From assembly GCA_002269645.1 (NCBI GenBank), contig NIVC01001633.1, forward strand, positions 1-29,788: a stretch of DNA of 29,788 nucleotides. The letters run 5' to 3'. The notes beneath the pieces were generated by a model. The model made no database searches. It was given only the letters and a program-made list of their open reading frames with translations, and was not told the DNA's origin. The translations under genes were made by a program, and so were the position numbers. This document shows positions 1 to 11,520 of the stretch, in pieces (the stretch's first letter is position 1; every line of letters starts with the position of its first letter). Source of the stretch: Macrostomum lignano. Lineage: Eukaryota.

Positions 1-204
1 ATAGACAATATAAATCTAATGACAACACAAAGGCGACTAGCTGAGTGCTTTTGTTCTTAATACCTGTGAAGATAACCGCTTAAAGTAAAGAGAGCCTATA
101 GAAAATCTTACAATTGGATCCAATTGAACTCACAGAGCCACACAGAGCCATCCATCTGCTTCGATTTCATTAACGGCCTTGCGCGCGTACCCATTCCCAG
201 TCTC

Positions 205-595
205 ATTCTGTTAAATATCCGCCCCTCACTTAGACCATTCGCGCTCTATTTAACCATCTGCCCACTCTGTTTAACCATCCGCCCCTGTGTTTAACCATCC
301 GCCGCCCTCCCTATAATCATCCGCTCCTCTATTTAACTATCCGCCCTCTCTATTTAACCATCCGCCCACTCTGTTTAACCACCCGCCCTCTATTTAACCA
401 CCCGCCCCCTCTATTTACCATCCGCCCCCTCTATTAAACCATCCGCCCCTCTATTAAACTGTCCGCCCCTCTATTTAAACATCCGCCACACGCTATAACA
501 ATCCTTCCCTCCCTATAACAATCTGTCCCTCGATTTAAACCATCCACCCCCTTCCTTTAACCATCCGCCCCCTTAATATAACGCTCCGCCCCTTG
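205..595. repeat. Degenerate minisatellite, ~20-21 bp unit (TTTAACCATCCGCCCCTCTA-like)
   Basis: Repeated ttaaccatccgccc(c)ctctat variants read directly from the sequence; edge copies are more diverged. Confidence 0.85.
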
Positions 596-1758
596 TCAGT
601 TCCAACAACCACAGACTGAATTCTACAGCGTCAAAAGAAAAGCTATTTGTCAACAAGTGCAACTACAAAAAGGCTTACAATTTCTAATTAATTGTACAGG
701 CAATCCCTAGAAGGCTTAAGATCCCTGGGAAACAAATTTTCTAAATGGCTAGTTAATAACTTCTCAATGCCTGATATTCTAAAAAAAACTCAAAAAAATG
801 CGGAAAAAACCATAATGGAACTCAGATATGGCAAAAAAGCAGTTGCACATTAAAGCTGATCAATTTACTTTAATAAACAAATATCATCAAATATTTGGTA
901 ATGCGAAAAAAATTCTTCTCACAAAAATTGGGTTAGAAAATTGTGATAAAAGAAAGCTTTTAAAGCTTGTTTAATAAAGCATTGGTACAGTTATTTAGGG
1001 AACAGTGAAATCATTGTAACAAACAATAGGCGCTCAGGAGAAATGTCCGAAAGTTTATAAATTGCTTTTATCAGTGAATTTGACAATTAGGAGAATCTGC
1101 ATTAGCTGCAGCAAGCAGCCACTGCCACAGAACTGGAATTGGCCATAAACAATATAGCCAACCAAACGGACAGGTTGAACTTCCAAGCTGCACTCCCACA
1201 GACTGCCTAAAGGGGGGGGCAGCCTTAGTGATGTTTCAGCGGCCCAGGCTCGATTCCAAGTGCAGTCACACTATTGGCTACCATTAAATGCCTCTCGCCG
1301 GTTGTGTGACAATGTCGCTTAAAGTGCGCCAGGGTGCACACAGGCTGAGTGTACTACTGCCACAACGAATGGGAATTCTCTAACATCACTGACAAAGTCA
1401 ATATTATTATGTAATGCAAAGCAAAGGCTTCTATTTCAGCTCAAGTACACAATAACACGATAAACGCGAAAAACTAGTTTGCATTAATAATTCGACTAAA
1501 TTTGAAACAACCTGATTGTGGACTGGGTGGCGAAATTAATGACAAATTAATCATGTATAGGATAAGATTATTAATTTTATCGACAGAAATTTCACACAAG
1601 TTAAGTATAAAATATGATACTTTACTAAAACAGATAAATCTGTACGTACATTGTAATGGTATACTAGGTGAAAAGTTTGTGAAATGTATACCTTGCTTAT
1701 TTACTGGCTGTTAACTATTGCGAAATGATAAGCCCTAAGGTTTAAATAACTTAAGAAT

Positions 1759-2570
1759 GAGTGTAGCTTTGGGGTAAGAGGTTGGCGAAGAGCGAGTGTA
1801 CATTGGGGGTAAGAGGTTGGCGAAGAGCGAGTGTACATTGGGGGTAAGAGGTTGGTGAAGAGCGAGTGTACATTGGGGGTAAGAGGTTGGTGAAGAGCGA
1901 GTGTACATTGGGGGTAAGAGGTTGGTGAAGAGCGAGTGTTCATTGGGGGTAAGAGGTTGGTGAAGAGCGAGTGTACATTGGGGGTAAGAGGTTGACGAAT
2001 AGCGAGTGTACATTGGGGGTAAGATGTTGGTGAAGAGCGAGTGTACATTGGGGGTAAGAGGTTGGTGAAGAGCGAGTGTACATTGGGGGTAAGAGGTTGG
2101 TGAAGAGCGAGTGTACATTGGGGGTAAGAGGTTGGTGAAGAGCGAGTGTACATTGGGGGTAAGATGTTGGTGAAGAGCGAGTGTACATTGGGGGTAAGAG
2201 GTTGACGAAGAGCGAGTGTACATTGGGGGTAAGATGTTGGTGAAGAGCGAGTGTACATTGGGGGTAAGAGGTTGGCGAAGAGCGAGTGTACATTGGGGTA
2301 AGATGTTGGTGAAGAGCGAGTGTACATTGGGGGTAAGAGGTTGGCGAAGAGCGAGTGTACATTGGGGGTAAGAGGTTGACGAATAGCGAGTGTACATTGG
2401 GGGTAAGATGTTGGTGAAGAGCGAGTGTACATTGGGGGTAAGAGGTTGACGAATAGCGAGTGTACATTGGGGGTAAGATGTTGGTGAAGAGCGAGTGTAC
2501 ATTGGGGGTAAGAGTTTGATGAATAGGAGCGTACACTGGGGGTTAATGTCTGTGAAGAGCGAGTATACAA
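1759..2570. repeat. 35-bp tandem array (GGGGGTAAGAGGTTGGTGAAGAGCGAGTGTACATT), ~22 copies
   Basis: Period of 35 seen directly (catt at 1801 and 1836). No spacers. It explains the three overlapping minus-strand ORFs at 1701-2670. Confidence 0.95.
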
Positions 2571-3861
2571 TAAAGGTTAGGGGTTGGCTAAGAGTGAATG
2601 TACATTCGTAGTATAGGTTTGTGAAAGCCATTTCTGAGTGTCCATTGGGTGTGTGTGGATACTGAAACAAAAAGTTCTACTTCTGACGAAATATATTCGT
2701 GAATAATTATTTAATTACTAATAAAGAACTTTTGCTTAGTCTATATTCGATAATAAAGCCAATAAATATTTTCTCAATGCCAAGAATTCTAAATATCAAT
2801 GCCAAGTAAATAATAGTTACCAAGCTAAAAAACAATATAAATAGTTTCATTCACAGACACAAAAAACAAAAAAGCACGTAGCATTGCTAGTGAAATTGTA
2901 CTTTGAGAAAAGTTCAACAACCGAGACTTTTCTGTATTATTTACACTAGACATCGGTTGCAAAAAATGACAAAATAAACGGTTTTTTCATACTAAGGTGA
3001 CTAAAATGGCTAAGCGAATTCGATTTACAAAAAAGCAACAAGGTAAAAAAACTTCACAAGAGATTAGTCTGTACTAAGAGACTCCGGCGGCACGAAGGAT
3101 TTTAAAACACAATAAAAACTATTTGCAGCAAGCGCAAGCATTTATAACTGATAAAAATAATCGAATTCGGATTTATTGCTCAAATAATTTTTGATTATAC
3201 ATTAGTAGAAAAGAACCTTTGTGGAAGCCAATGCTATGCAGCTAAGCTGGATGGAAGTAATGAGAGATGATGAGCAAATAAAAAATGGTAAAATACGGAG
3301 ATAAAAGCAAGCGGTTGAAAGGCGAACAGCTGAAGACTTGATCGCATTTAAACAAACTGTATCAAACTGTTTTTCTTTCTTTCTTAACCAACCAACACGT
3401 CTGACTGGGCAGAAGACACTATATAATATAATTGATAAAAACTGCACAAATTATTGAAAGTATCAATTTTAGGTAAAGTTTTGATTTGATTACGCTAAAA
3501 AATACTTGATATAATGCAGGCTTTTTTTGCAAATATTGTACATTATAAATACATTAAATAATACAGTGATCTAATTAATGCGAAAATGTATTGCTTTTAA
3601 TTTTATTAGCAACGCATATACATGAAGATTGCAATACGTCAGATTTCTGCCAAATCTATCGTAATAAACAATAAACAATATAAACTCTTCAAAGTAAGCC
3701 ATGTTTTGAAAAGATTGCTCAAGATGAAAACTAGTTGACAAGTACTGCCATGCTTCTGAATATAACAGACAGCTCAAAGACGATTGTATAAATTCGAGAA
3801 GGCTTCTCAGACTTTTCGAATATTCTTGTACGGTTTAGAGAGCTTCCCGTAAAATTTTAGA

Positions 3862-4421
3862 AGATTCTCGTGGATTTAAAGGAGATTCTCGTGAATTGAA
3901 GGGAGATTCTCGTGGATTGAAGGGAGATTCTCATGGATTTAAAGGAGATTCTCGTGGATTTAAAGGAGATTCTCGTGGATTGAAGGGAGATTCTCGTGGA
4001 TTGAAGGGAGACTCTCGTGGATTGAAGGGAGATTCTCGTAGATTGAAGGGAGATTCTCGTGGATTTAGGCGAGATTCTCGTGGATTTAGGCGAGATTCTC
4101 GTGGATTGAAGGGAGATTCTCGTGGATTTAGGCGAGATTCTCGTGGATTGAAGGGAGATCCTAGCGGATTGAAGGGAGATTCTCGTGGATTGAAGCGAGA
4201 TTCTGATAGATTTAAGGGAGATTCTAGTGGGTTGAAGGGAGATTATCGTGGATTGAAGGGAGATTCTCGTGGATTCAAGGGAGACTCTCGTGGATTGAAG
4301 GGAGATTCTTGTGGAGTTAAGAGAGATTCTCATGGATTTAAAGGAAGATTCTCGTGGATTTAAGCAAGATTCTGATAGATTTAAGGGATATTCTTATGGA
4401 TTTAAGGGAAGATTATCGTGG
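3862..4421. repeat. 21-bp tandem array (GGGAGATTCTCGTGGATTGAA), ~26 copies
   Basis: Direct periodicity. The unit is a multiple of 3, which produces the LKGDSRG and STRISLQ pseudo-ORFs. Confidence 0.95.
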
Positions 4422-4510
4422 ATGTATCGAAACTCTCAGAGAAAAATCCACAAGATCCTAAAACATTGCTGTTAAATGGTTGCGCACAATATAACCGCAC
4501 ACTAACAAAC

Positions 4511-6011
4511 TCAGACACAGTCTGTCAGGTCACTAGCCAAACCACAATTAGCAACCTCCTGTAGCCGCATGAGCATAGCCATCAGTCGGTCATCTGTGGT
4601 GTTGGCATCAGACGATGCTGTAATCACCTCGTCGTTGGCTGCAGTAGAATCTTTATTGACAACTTCGGCTGGGATGTCATCAGCAGCTCCGGTGACAACG
4701 GCTGGTGCGGAAACCCCTGCGGCTGGAGGTCTACTAGCTTCGTAACCCACATCCTCCGGACGGATGCTGATCAACTCCTCGGCGTCCCCGCTGGCACCCC
4801 AGGGCCAGTCAATCTTCAACTTGGCCGCCGGATCTTCCCACGGAGCTCTGGCGCCGCGCAGACGCAGGCCTTCACGGCAAGCTTCGATAACGTAGGGAAC
4901 TAAGCAGTGATTCCACAGCCGCAGGAACCACTGCTCCGCGCCGCGCCACGAGTCCATGGGGCAGGCGGCGAACTGGCCGGGGCCCAGCGACGCCTCAGCG
5001 CCAGCGTGTGTCTCCAACAGGCGATTTAACTTCAACCAGGCGTCCTGCAGCCAGTCAACTATCAGCGACATCTCGGGCAGTCTGGACCCAGCTTCAACTT
5101 CGGCAGCAACCAGACGCTGGCGCAGACACCGGCCCAGAAAGCCGCGCACCGGTTCCATATGAGCCGAGCACAGAACCCAGCGAAAATTGCAAGCGCTGTG
5201 CAGCTCAAGCTTGGCCGCGTGAAGTCGCTCAGCTTGCCCGCTGCCGCCTTGCGTCATCACGCCAACTATGAAATACGGCGGCGGTTCCTTCGGCGGCAAA
5301 CAGGCTGACAGGACCTCAGATAGCGAGTCTACCAGGTGCAAATTATCCAGCACAACTGCACCAACGCTGGAATCGTTATTCAAACTGGTGAGAAAAGTTC
5401 GAAGATTTCTTTCGCTACGCCGATCGGCGGTGAAAGTGGCCACGCTAGAGGAAGAGCCAGACAGGTGAGCTGCTAAACTACCAGCTAGTCTGGACTTGCC
5501 AACACCTGCTGGGCCGCACAGCGCAATACGCCTGTGCTCCTTCAGCAGACCGATATATCTCTGCAGTGTAGGCTTAGGCACCAGAGTCTCCAGTGCCAGG
5601 GTCTCCAACTCGCTAGCCAGATGGAGCTGTAGATAAAGTCGAAGCTGGGGATTTCTAGGATCAATATTGGGATCCGAGGAGGCGGCAGAGGCGGCCGACA
5701 TGCAAGCTACCAGAGGCGGCGGGCAAGAGTGAGATGAAGCGCCACGCCGCCTGAGACCCATGCCGCTGCTGCCGCCATTGCTCCCAAGGATTTCGTAAGC
5801 GACAACGCAGTCCGATCCCAAGCCGAGACCCTGGCTAGGATCAACTCTAGTCAAATATTCTTTAAACAGCCGACCGCAACAGGCGTCTAAAGTTTCCCAT
5901 TTTGTTCTGGGACAGACTGGCAGACAGCCAATTGGCTGCTTGCTGCTCCCAGCCAGCACAGTGAGTCGGAGACTTTCCGCTGAGCTTGGAAATCCATCGA
6001 TTAGGTCAAAT
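4511..6011 (-). CDS. unc-53/NAV: Neuron navigator / unc-53-like, last coding exon (AAA+ ATPase domain)
   Basis: LETLVPKPTLQRYIGLLKEHRRIALCGPAGVGKS (Walker A) and VVLDNLH (Walker B) match the NAV-family AAA region, as do RWVLC..HMEPVRGFL and GPGQFAACP. Acceptor tttcccccgcAG ends at 6012 on the minus strand. A phase-2 join to the upstream exon keeps the frame (AQG-FDLIDGF...TVLAGSSKQ). Stop at 4511-4513. Confidence 0.9.
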
Positions 6012-6064
6012 CTGCGGGGGAAATAGGGTGGGTAGTTACTTTGTGAAGCTTACAGTATAATGTG

Positions 6065-6300
6065 CAACACTGTCAGTGATAAGCACGTCTGACTATCACA
6101 TTACGGCCCCTGGTTCGACTCCCTGAACGGCTCTAACCCTTAAGGCACATAGAGTGTACAAGTCTAACGATTAGTAAGTCAAAGGGCCATTGTACACCTT
6201 GTATGAGCGTGTGTATGAGTGCGTGCCTGCGTACAATATTGTCGCGCTTGCATGTCCTCAGGAGTCAGCGGAAGTATTTCCCCTCATGGAAACTACCGGT
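6065..6300 (+). mobile_element. Possible tRNA-derived SINE inside the NAV intron (antisense to the host gene)
   Basis: B-box-like GGTTCGACTCC at 6112-6122, preceded by an A-box-like tgtcagtgataagc and followed by a GT-rich body. The cloverleaf is degenerate, so this is not a functional tRNA. Confidence 0.4.
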
Positions 6301-6325
6301 CTCTATACTTTAAAATCTTTCTTAC

Positions 6326-8460
6326 CCTTGAGCCCCGTTAACCACTAGGGCGGCATCGCAGCGACCATCCATTGAGCCATCGCCGACAGAGATGGCCGAC
6401 AAAGCTGCTGTCGAGTCCACGCTCAGCCGTCTGGCGCCACCGCCGAAGCCACCATAAACGTCAGTAACCGACCCGCCAAATCCGTGATCCTCGCTTACAA
6501 AATCTGATCTCATCTGTTGTAGCTGCTGTAGGCGACAATTCTCAGCCTTCAAATTGCTAATGTCTGCTCGCATTTTTTCTGTTAGACTGCGCAATTGTTG
6601 CAGCTCGGCAGCGGATTGCTGCTTTTGCTGGAGTTCGAGCTCTGTTAGTGCGGGAGGCTCAACAACAGGTGGCTGCTGTTGCTGAGGAGGAGGCTGTGCT
6701 TGTGACTGCTGCTGCTGCTGTTGTTGCTGCTTTTTTGAGCTGCGCAAACTTCTCAACCAGCCATGATGCCGTTTACTTTGCGAGCCTTGCTGCTGCGACT
6801 CCTTCTGCATCATAAGCTGCATTGGCGCTTCCTCGCGTTTCAGCGCGCCAACAGCGGCCCGGAGACGGGACAGCTCAGTGTCCTTGCGTTCAGCACTGCT
6901 AGCCAGATCTCTCAGCTTGGTGGTGACATCCGACAGAGACTGTTCAAAAGCCTCGGCAGCGTCTGTGTTGGCGCAGAGCTGACCAGCCAGACTAGCGATT
7001 CTCTGCTGGGCCTGCTCAAGCTCAGCTCGAAGCTTTGCAATCTCCATCGCTTGCCGCTCCTCATTAGCCGTAGTGGCTGACGAAGACACGGCCGAGTAGA
7101 TTGACAGCGTGGAGCCTCCGATGCCTCCGCCGCCGCCACTACCCGGGTAGAAGCTCCCAGTTGAACAGCTTGACCGCATGGTGGCGTACGGCAGTCGAAG
7201 GCTCTGACTAGGTGTTGGAGGAACAGCGGCAGACATTGGCAGAGAGGCGGGGGCTTGACCAGCTGCAGACCGAATGGTGCAGTAGCCACTGGTGCCAGCA
7301 GCCAGGCCGGTTTTGCGTCTCTGGTGCTGCTGTAGCAGCTGGTGCTGCTGCTGACGCTGTACAGACTCTGTATCGGAGAAGTAGTACTCTCCACCGCTGC
7401 CGCCGCCAGCTGAGCCCTCCTGAAGGAGTTGCTGAAGCCGACTGGATGAACGAATGGCTCCATAATCTGCCGATGCTTTACGCAAAGTGAGGCCATACAA
7501 GTCTGGAGTGGCCCGGCCCTCTCCTCCAGCGCAGACTGAGCGTTCCAGCTCAGCAACAGCGTCCGACAGTTCGCTGGAACTGATCGACATCTCGTCGGCA
7601 TTGTTTAAAGCATCATCAAGATCGCTGCAGTCGATGTGCAAGGAATTGCTGTTATCCTCGTCGGAAGCATCGCAAGTTAGAAAACTATTACTACTGCTAG
7701 TATTGTTGGAGTTCTTAACAGTAGTAGCGGAGGCAGGGGATGCCGGTGTAACAGATCTGGATGAAGCTGTCTGCCCGATTGTTGGCCTGGACAGCAATCT
7801 ACGTCCAGTGGACGCTGACGAGGATGCCGCCTGAGAATTAGTCGAAGAAGAAGACTGCGGAGTGTCGGCGGTTTCTTTGAGCTGTACGGGATTTCGCGGC
7901 CGGCGATGCAGATGGCGCTGGATGCCGCTACTGTTTGCGACAGATTTAGTCGGTTTAGGAAGCTGAGTAGACTGAACAGTTGGCTGCTTCGGTTGCGCAG
8001 GAGGCTGCTCAGATCGAGCTCGTTGATGCCGCTGCGGCTGAGGCAGCGAGCTGTGCGCAGAGGCGCCAGGCGAAGGCGTTGCTGCAACCACAGCGGCTGC
8101 TGAGCCTCGCCTGCCCTGGGGCTGAGGAATTCCCGACGAAGCGGCTGACTTGCCGCTGCTAGTTGGTATGCCAGACGATGAAGTGCCGGAAGATGCTGTT
8201 GAGTGACCGGTAGGCATAGCGTGACGACCGGATGTCAGTCTGGACGGGGCCAAAGGCGGCGCCGGGCTGGTATTTCTGCTACCTGTGTTGCTATGGCAAC
8301 GCTGCTGCTGCTGCTGCTGCCGAGAACGCAGACCGTATCGAGGAGAAAATGGCAAAGTACCTGCTGTTGCTACTGCTGATGTTGCAGAAGAAGATCTGAT
8401 GATGCGGCTGCTGCGGAGGCTGTGGTATAGCCGAGTGGGAACGATGCTTGCCACTGGCAC
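6326..8460 (-). CDS. unc-53/NAV: Neuron navigator / unc-53-like, large exon (Ser/Gln-rich region, SxIP-type motifs, coiled coils)
   Basis: 712-aa ORF containing EIAKLRAELEQAQQRIASLAGQLCANTDAAEAFEQSLSDVTTKLRDLASSAERKDTEL (the NAV coiled coil), a GWLRS motif and two SGIP motifs. Donor GG|GTAAGA at 6325 gives a 314-nt intron (6012-6325). The 5' boundary is uncertain (8290 or 8460). Confidence 0.85.
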
Positions 8461-8593
8461 CGCTGGGTATGGCAGTGGCGCTTGAGCTGCGATGCTCGCG
8501 AGTTGATGGCTTCACATATACAATGCCAAACTGATTGTATTGTTGCTGTTGCTGGGCCTGATGACCCTGCGGCGGTTTAAGGCTTCGCTGCAT
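8361..8593 (-). CDS. unc-53/NAV: Probable N-terminal coding segment of the NAV-like gene (different frame from the large exon)
   Basis: MQRSLKPPQGHQAQQQ...TAIP...SAIPQPP has the same composition and SxIP-type motifs as the large exon. It joins that exon in frame through a candidate 70-nt GT-AG intron (8291-8360), or through a frameshift. Confidence 0.5.
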
Positions 8594-10929
8594 TACTAAA
8601 TATATCTATTTCAATAGGCAGTCTAAACAGTTGTCTCTGTTGGACGATGAATCTCTTCACCCAGCAGTGCAACTTCCGTCAGAGAATAGCTCAGCGTACG
8701 AAGACTGTTGATTTAATTTCTATCTTTATCTTTAGATTGTTTATTAAAACTAAACACACGGTGCAAAGTAGAACGCCAGTTGGATAAGACATCGGCTTAG
8801 TATTAAACGTGATGCCTACCGATTCAATGCGCAGTGCACACTAACAAGTCTAGTTGCCATCAGTCTTCGGAAACGAGCAGACTTATTCAAAATTGATATT
8901 CTTAACAGCAAGCAGTCAGGCAGAGATAGACGACTGAAAGTTACAGATTGACAGTGAATTGTTAGGACTAGGAATAACTACAAATTAGATCCTAAGAAAG
9001 CGTTGCATTGCAGCTTTTTATTATTTAGCTGCTAATCTACGCTTGACAACCGACCCCACTCGCTGCTTTATAGCTATCCACTAGGCTTGGCTCCCCCCCT
9101 CCCAACCCAGCTATCTGTGCAGTTTCCGAATTGGTCGGCTTTAAAAAAGCTATTTTTAGCTAAAAGCAAAAGTATGCACGCGTACATATATATAGAAGCG
9201 ATGCTAAAAATTAAAGCATGACTATGAAGCCAGATTTAAAGGCCAGGGGACTGGCCACGGAGATCTAAAACTACCTGGAGTTATTGCACTTTTGATCATA
9301 TTCAGATAGATTTAGATTCAGATTGCTACTGTTGGTTAACCGGAATTATGAAAAACCTCGTTTTATTTTAAAGTAAAAAACGAACTTTTTATGGGCGATT
9401 TGGAGGGAAGATTTGTCAATCCAGGTTTTGGATTTAGACCTTCTTGATTTAGGCTAGGAAGGAACAAGAGGCGGCCGCCATTCCACATTCGTTTTATTTT
9501 TTTCTCTCGATGTCAAGCCCAGTTTGACCGTTCCCTTCTCTCCCGCTATGCACCAAACACTCCACCACTGTCTTACCACTGCTTGGATTGAGGATAACTT
9601 CACATCCCCTGTCTCTAAGCATCTAATATATCCCAAAAATGACCAACTGCTAGGGCCGTCATCCTTCAGGCCTTTTTTCTAACTCGCTTCTTTATCTGTC
9701 TCTGGCTTGCCAAAGACACACCTGTACTGTGCAGAACTGTTCCCTTATATCTGTGCAAAAATAACCGGGTATCAGTCCGAAATTAGTCACGAACATACTG
9801 ATTCGCACAGTTTTTTTCATTTAGGAGGAAAAATTGTCTTTTTGTATCATACCTTTTGAACGACTATAAGTAAAGTGTATAACTAAGAGCAAAGTACATT
9901 AAACCCCATATCACTACATATCTTTTAAAGTGGAAATATCAAGAAATTCTGCAGTGTTGACTAAATTACCATAACAGCAAGCTTGGAATAAAGTACAACA
10001 AATAAAGTACATCATTATAATCCTTAAAAATGATCTTTGCTGCACACAATGTTACCTGGTGCTTGGTATGATATAATTTGAAAATTAAACAATATACATT
10101 TAACATCATGAGCCTATCAGAAAAAAATACTAAAATATATGCATAACCTCTGAACTTGTAACACTGGTTATGCTACTAGGTTTTGATTGAAAATGCAACT
10201 TAGTTTTGTAACTTATCCAAAAGCAAAGGATGAGGTTTAGCTACTCATAAAATATTGTTTAGAAAGTTGTCTATTTTGCCACTTACATTTGGCCTACCAC
10301 AGTTTACACTGGCCAAATCAGCTGTGTTAGACAGCAATTGCACAGGTAGTGCAAATAACAACTATCAAGTAAACATTAAACATATTAATAGGAAATTAAA
10401 ATTACAATTGCTTGCATGTAAGCCCTCCACCTCCCTTGTGTGCTCTCTTGCATCAATTCTCTACCCTTTTTTACATGCTGATTGGCTCTGCCATGGCATT
10501 CTGGCTAAGGCAATGCATTTGATTTGCACTCCACTCTCTCCCAGTCTGTTGTCACCTTAGAGTTGTATTTTTTCATCCTTGCATCTATACCAGGGTATAG
10601 CTAACATAACTAACATAAATAAACTAGAACAGTCATAGTAGACATCTAGCCTATGGCTTGAAAGTGAGTAAGATATCTGAGCAATGATAGCAATGATCCT
10701 CAAGTTCAGTAATACCCACATAAATGTGCAAGTTCTTTGGGGTCTGGAGTCGGCATTCTATTACCCAGGCCTGTGCCTTCACCATGACCCTAGTTACTAA
10801 CTTTCAGTCTATGTGTGCAACATGCCTCAGGATTGGTAAGTAGCAAGACTGGAGTGTTGACCCTCCCTGCTTATACTGAGCATGATGTTAGACCACCTGG
10901 TCTGTCTGTTAAAATTGTCTGTCTGTATG

Positions 10930-11200
10930 TTTGTTAAAATTGGGGCTATTGGAGCAAATCTAAAATATATACATAGCCTTTAAAGTAGACATATAGACAC
11001 ATCTTTGATTTCAAGCAGAAAGCTATATTTATGTCCCTACCTCAAGTATGCTGCACTTATATGGATGACTCTTATCTGCAACTTGAATTGGCAATGTCTG
11101 CAGGTAGATAAGAACAATGTCATTTGAACTATTATTGGCAATATATCCATTGCTTTGGAGGTCAACCTCTATTATCATGAGATTTGGCTACTCAATAAAA
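10930..11200 (+). pseudogene. Decayed non-LTR retrotransposon (LINE) RT C-terminal fragment
   Basis: The frame from 11020 reads KLYLCPYLKYAALIW...QVDKNNVI*TI. This is the LINE motif LY.RPHLEYAAP.W...QV.QN..IR.I altered by transitions (CGT>TGT, CAC>TAC, GAG>AAG, CCT>CTT, CGA>TGA, all inferred). Confidence 0.55.
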
Positions 11201-11520
11201 ATAGCATTGTATTATAATCTATGTGTATTATAAAATAGCATTGTATATCTATTTATTGTCAATCTCCCTATGTTGCCTCAAGGACATTGTCTTTACTATA
11301 TATTGTCAAAATCCACACCTTGGCTCATTAACACAACCTGGCCCAATACACATATGTTGAACTACTCAACAAAGTTGTTGGAGTTCAACTAGACATCAAT
11401 GAGTACAAAACTAAGCTCCCTAGGAGCATGCACACTCAGCTTGCTTAGCTGAAGCATACATGCCCAACCTCAAAATTTCACCCATCCAGTGCAACTTAGT
11501 TTTGTCACAAATATTTTTTC

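Noticed and set aside
1225-1270. Second tRNA/SINE-like motif (ggctcgattcc)
   Set aside because: It is only a degenerate B-box with no convincing A-box or structure.
1759-2570. CRISPR array (35-bp repeats); the 28- and 31-bp arrays were also considered
   Set aside because: The units are head-to-tail with no unique spacers, no cas genes are present, and the context is eukaryotic.
1701-2670. Three long overlapping minus-strand ORFs (289, 311, 198 aa)
   Set aside because: They are produced by a 35-bp tandem unit that has no stop on that strand; the same peptide cycles through all three frames.
3857-4363. Collagen-like or repeat proteins (KGDSRG)n and (STRISLQ)n
   Set aside because: Both are translations of a 21-bp minisatellite, open on both strands, with no splice or domain support.
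6065-6135. Functional tRNA gene
   Set aside because: A B-box is present, but the acceptor, anticodon and T stems do not pair properly; it is retained only as a possible SINE head.
4956-8485. Numerous short plus-strand and alternate-frame ORFs
   Set aside because: They are shadows of the GC-rich NAV coding sequence and have no recognisable motifs.
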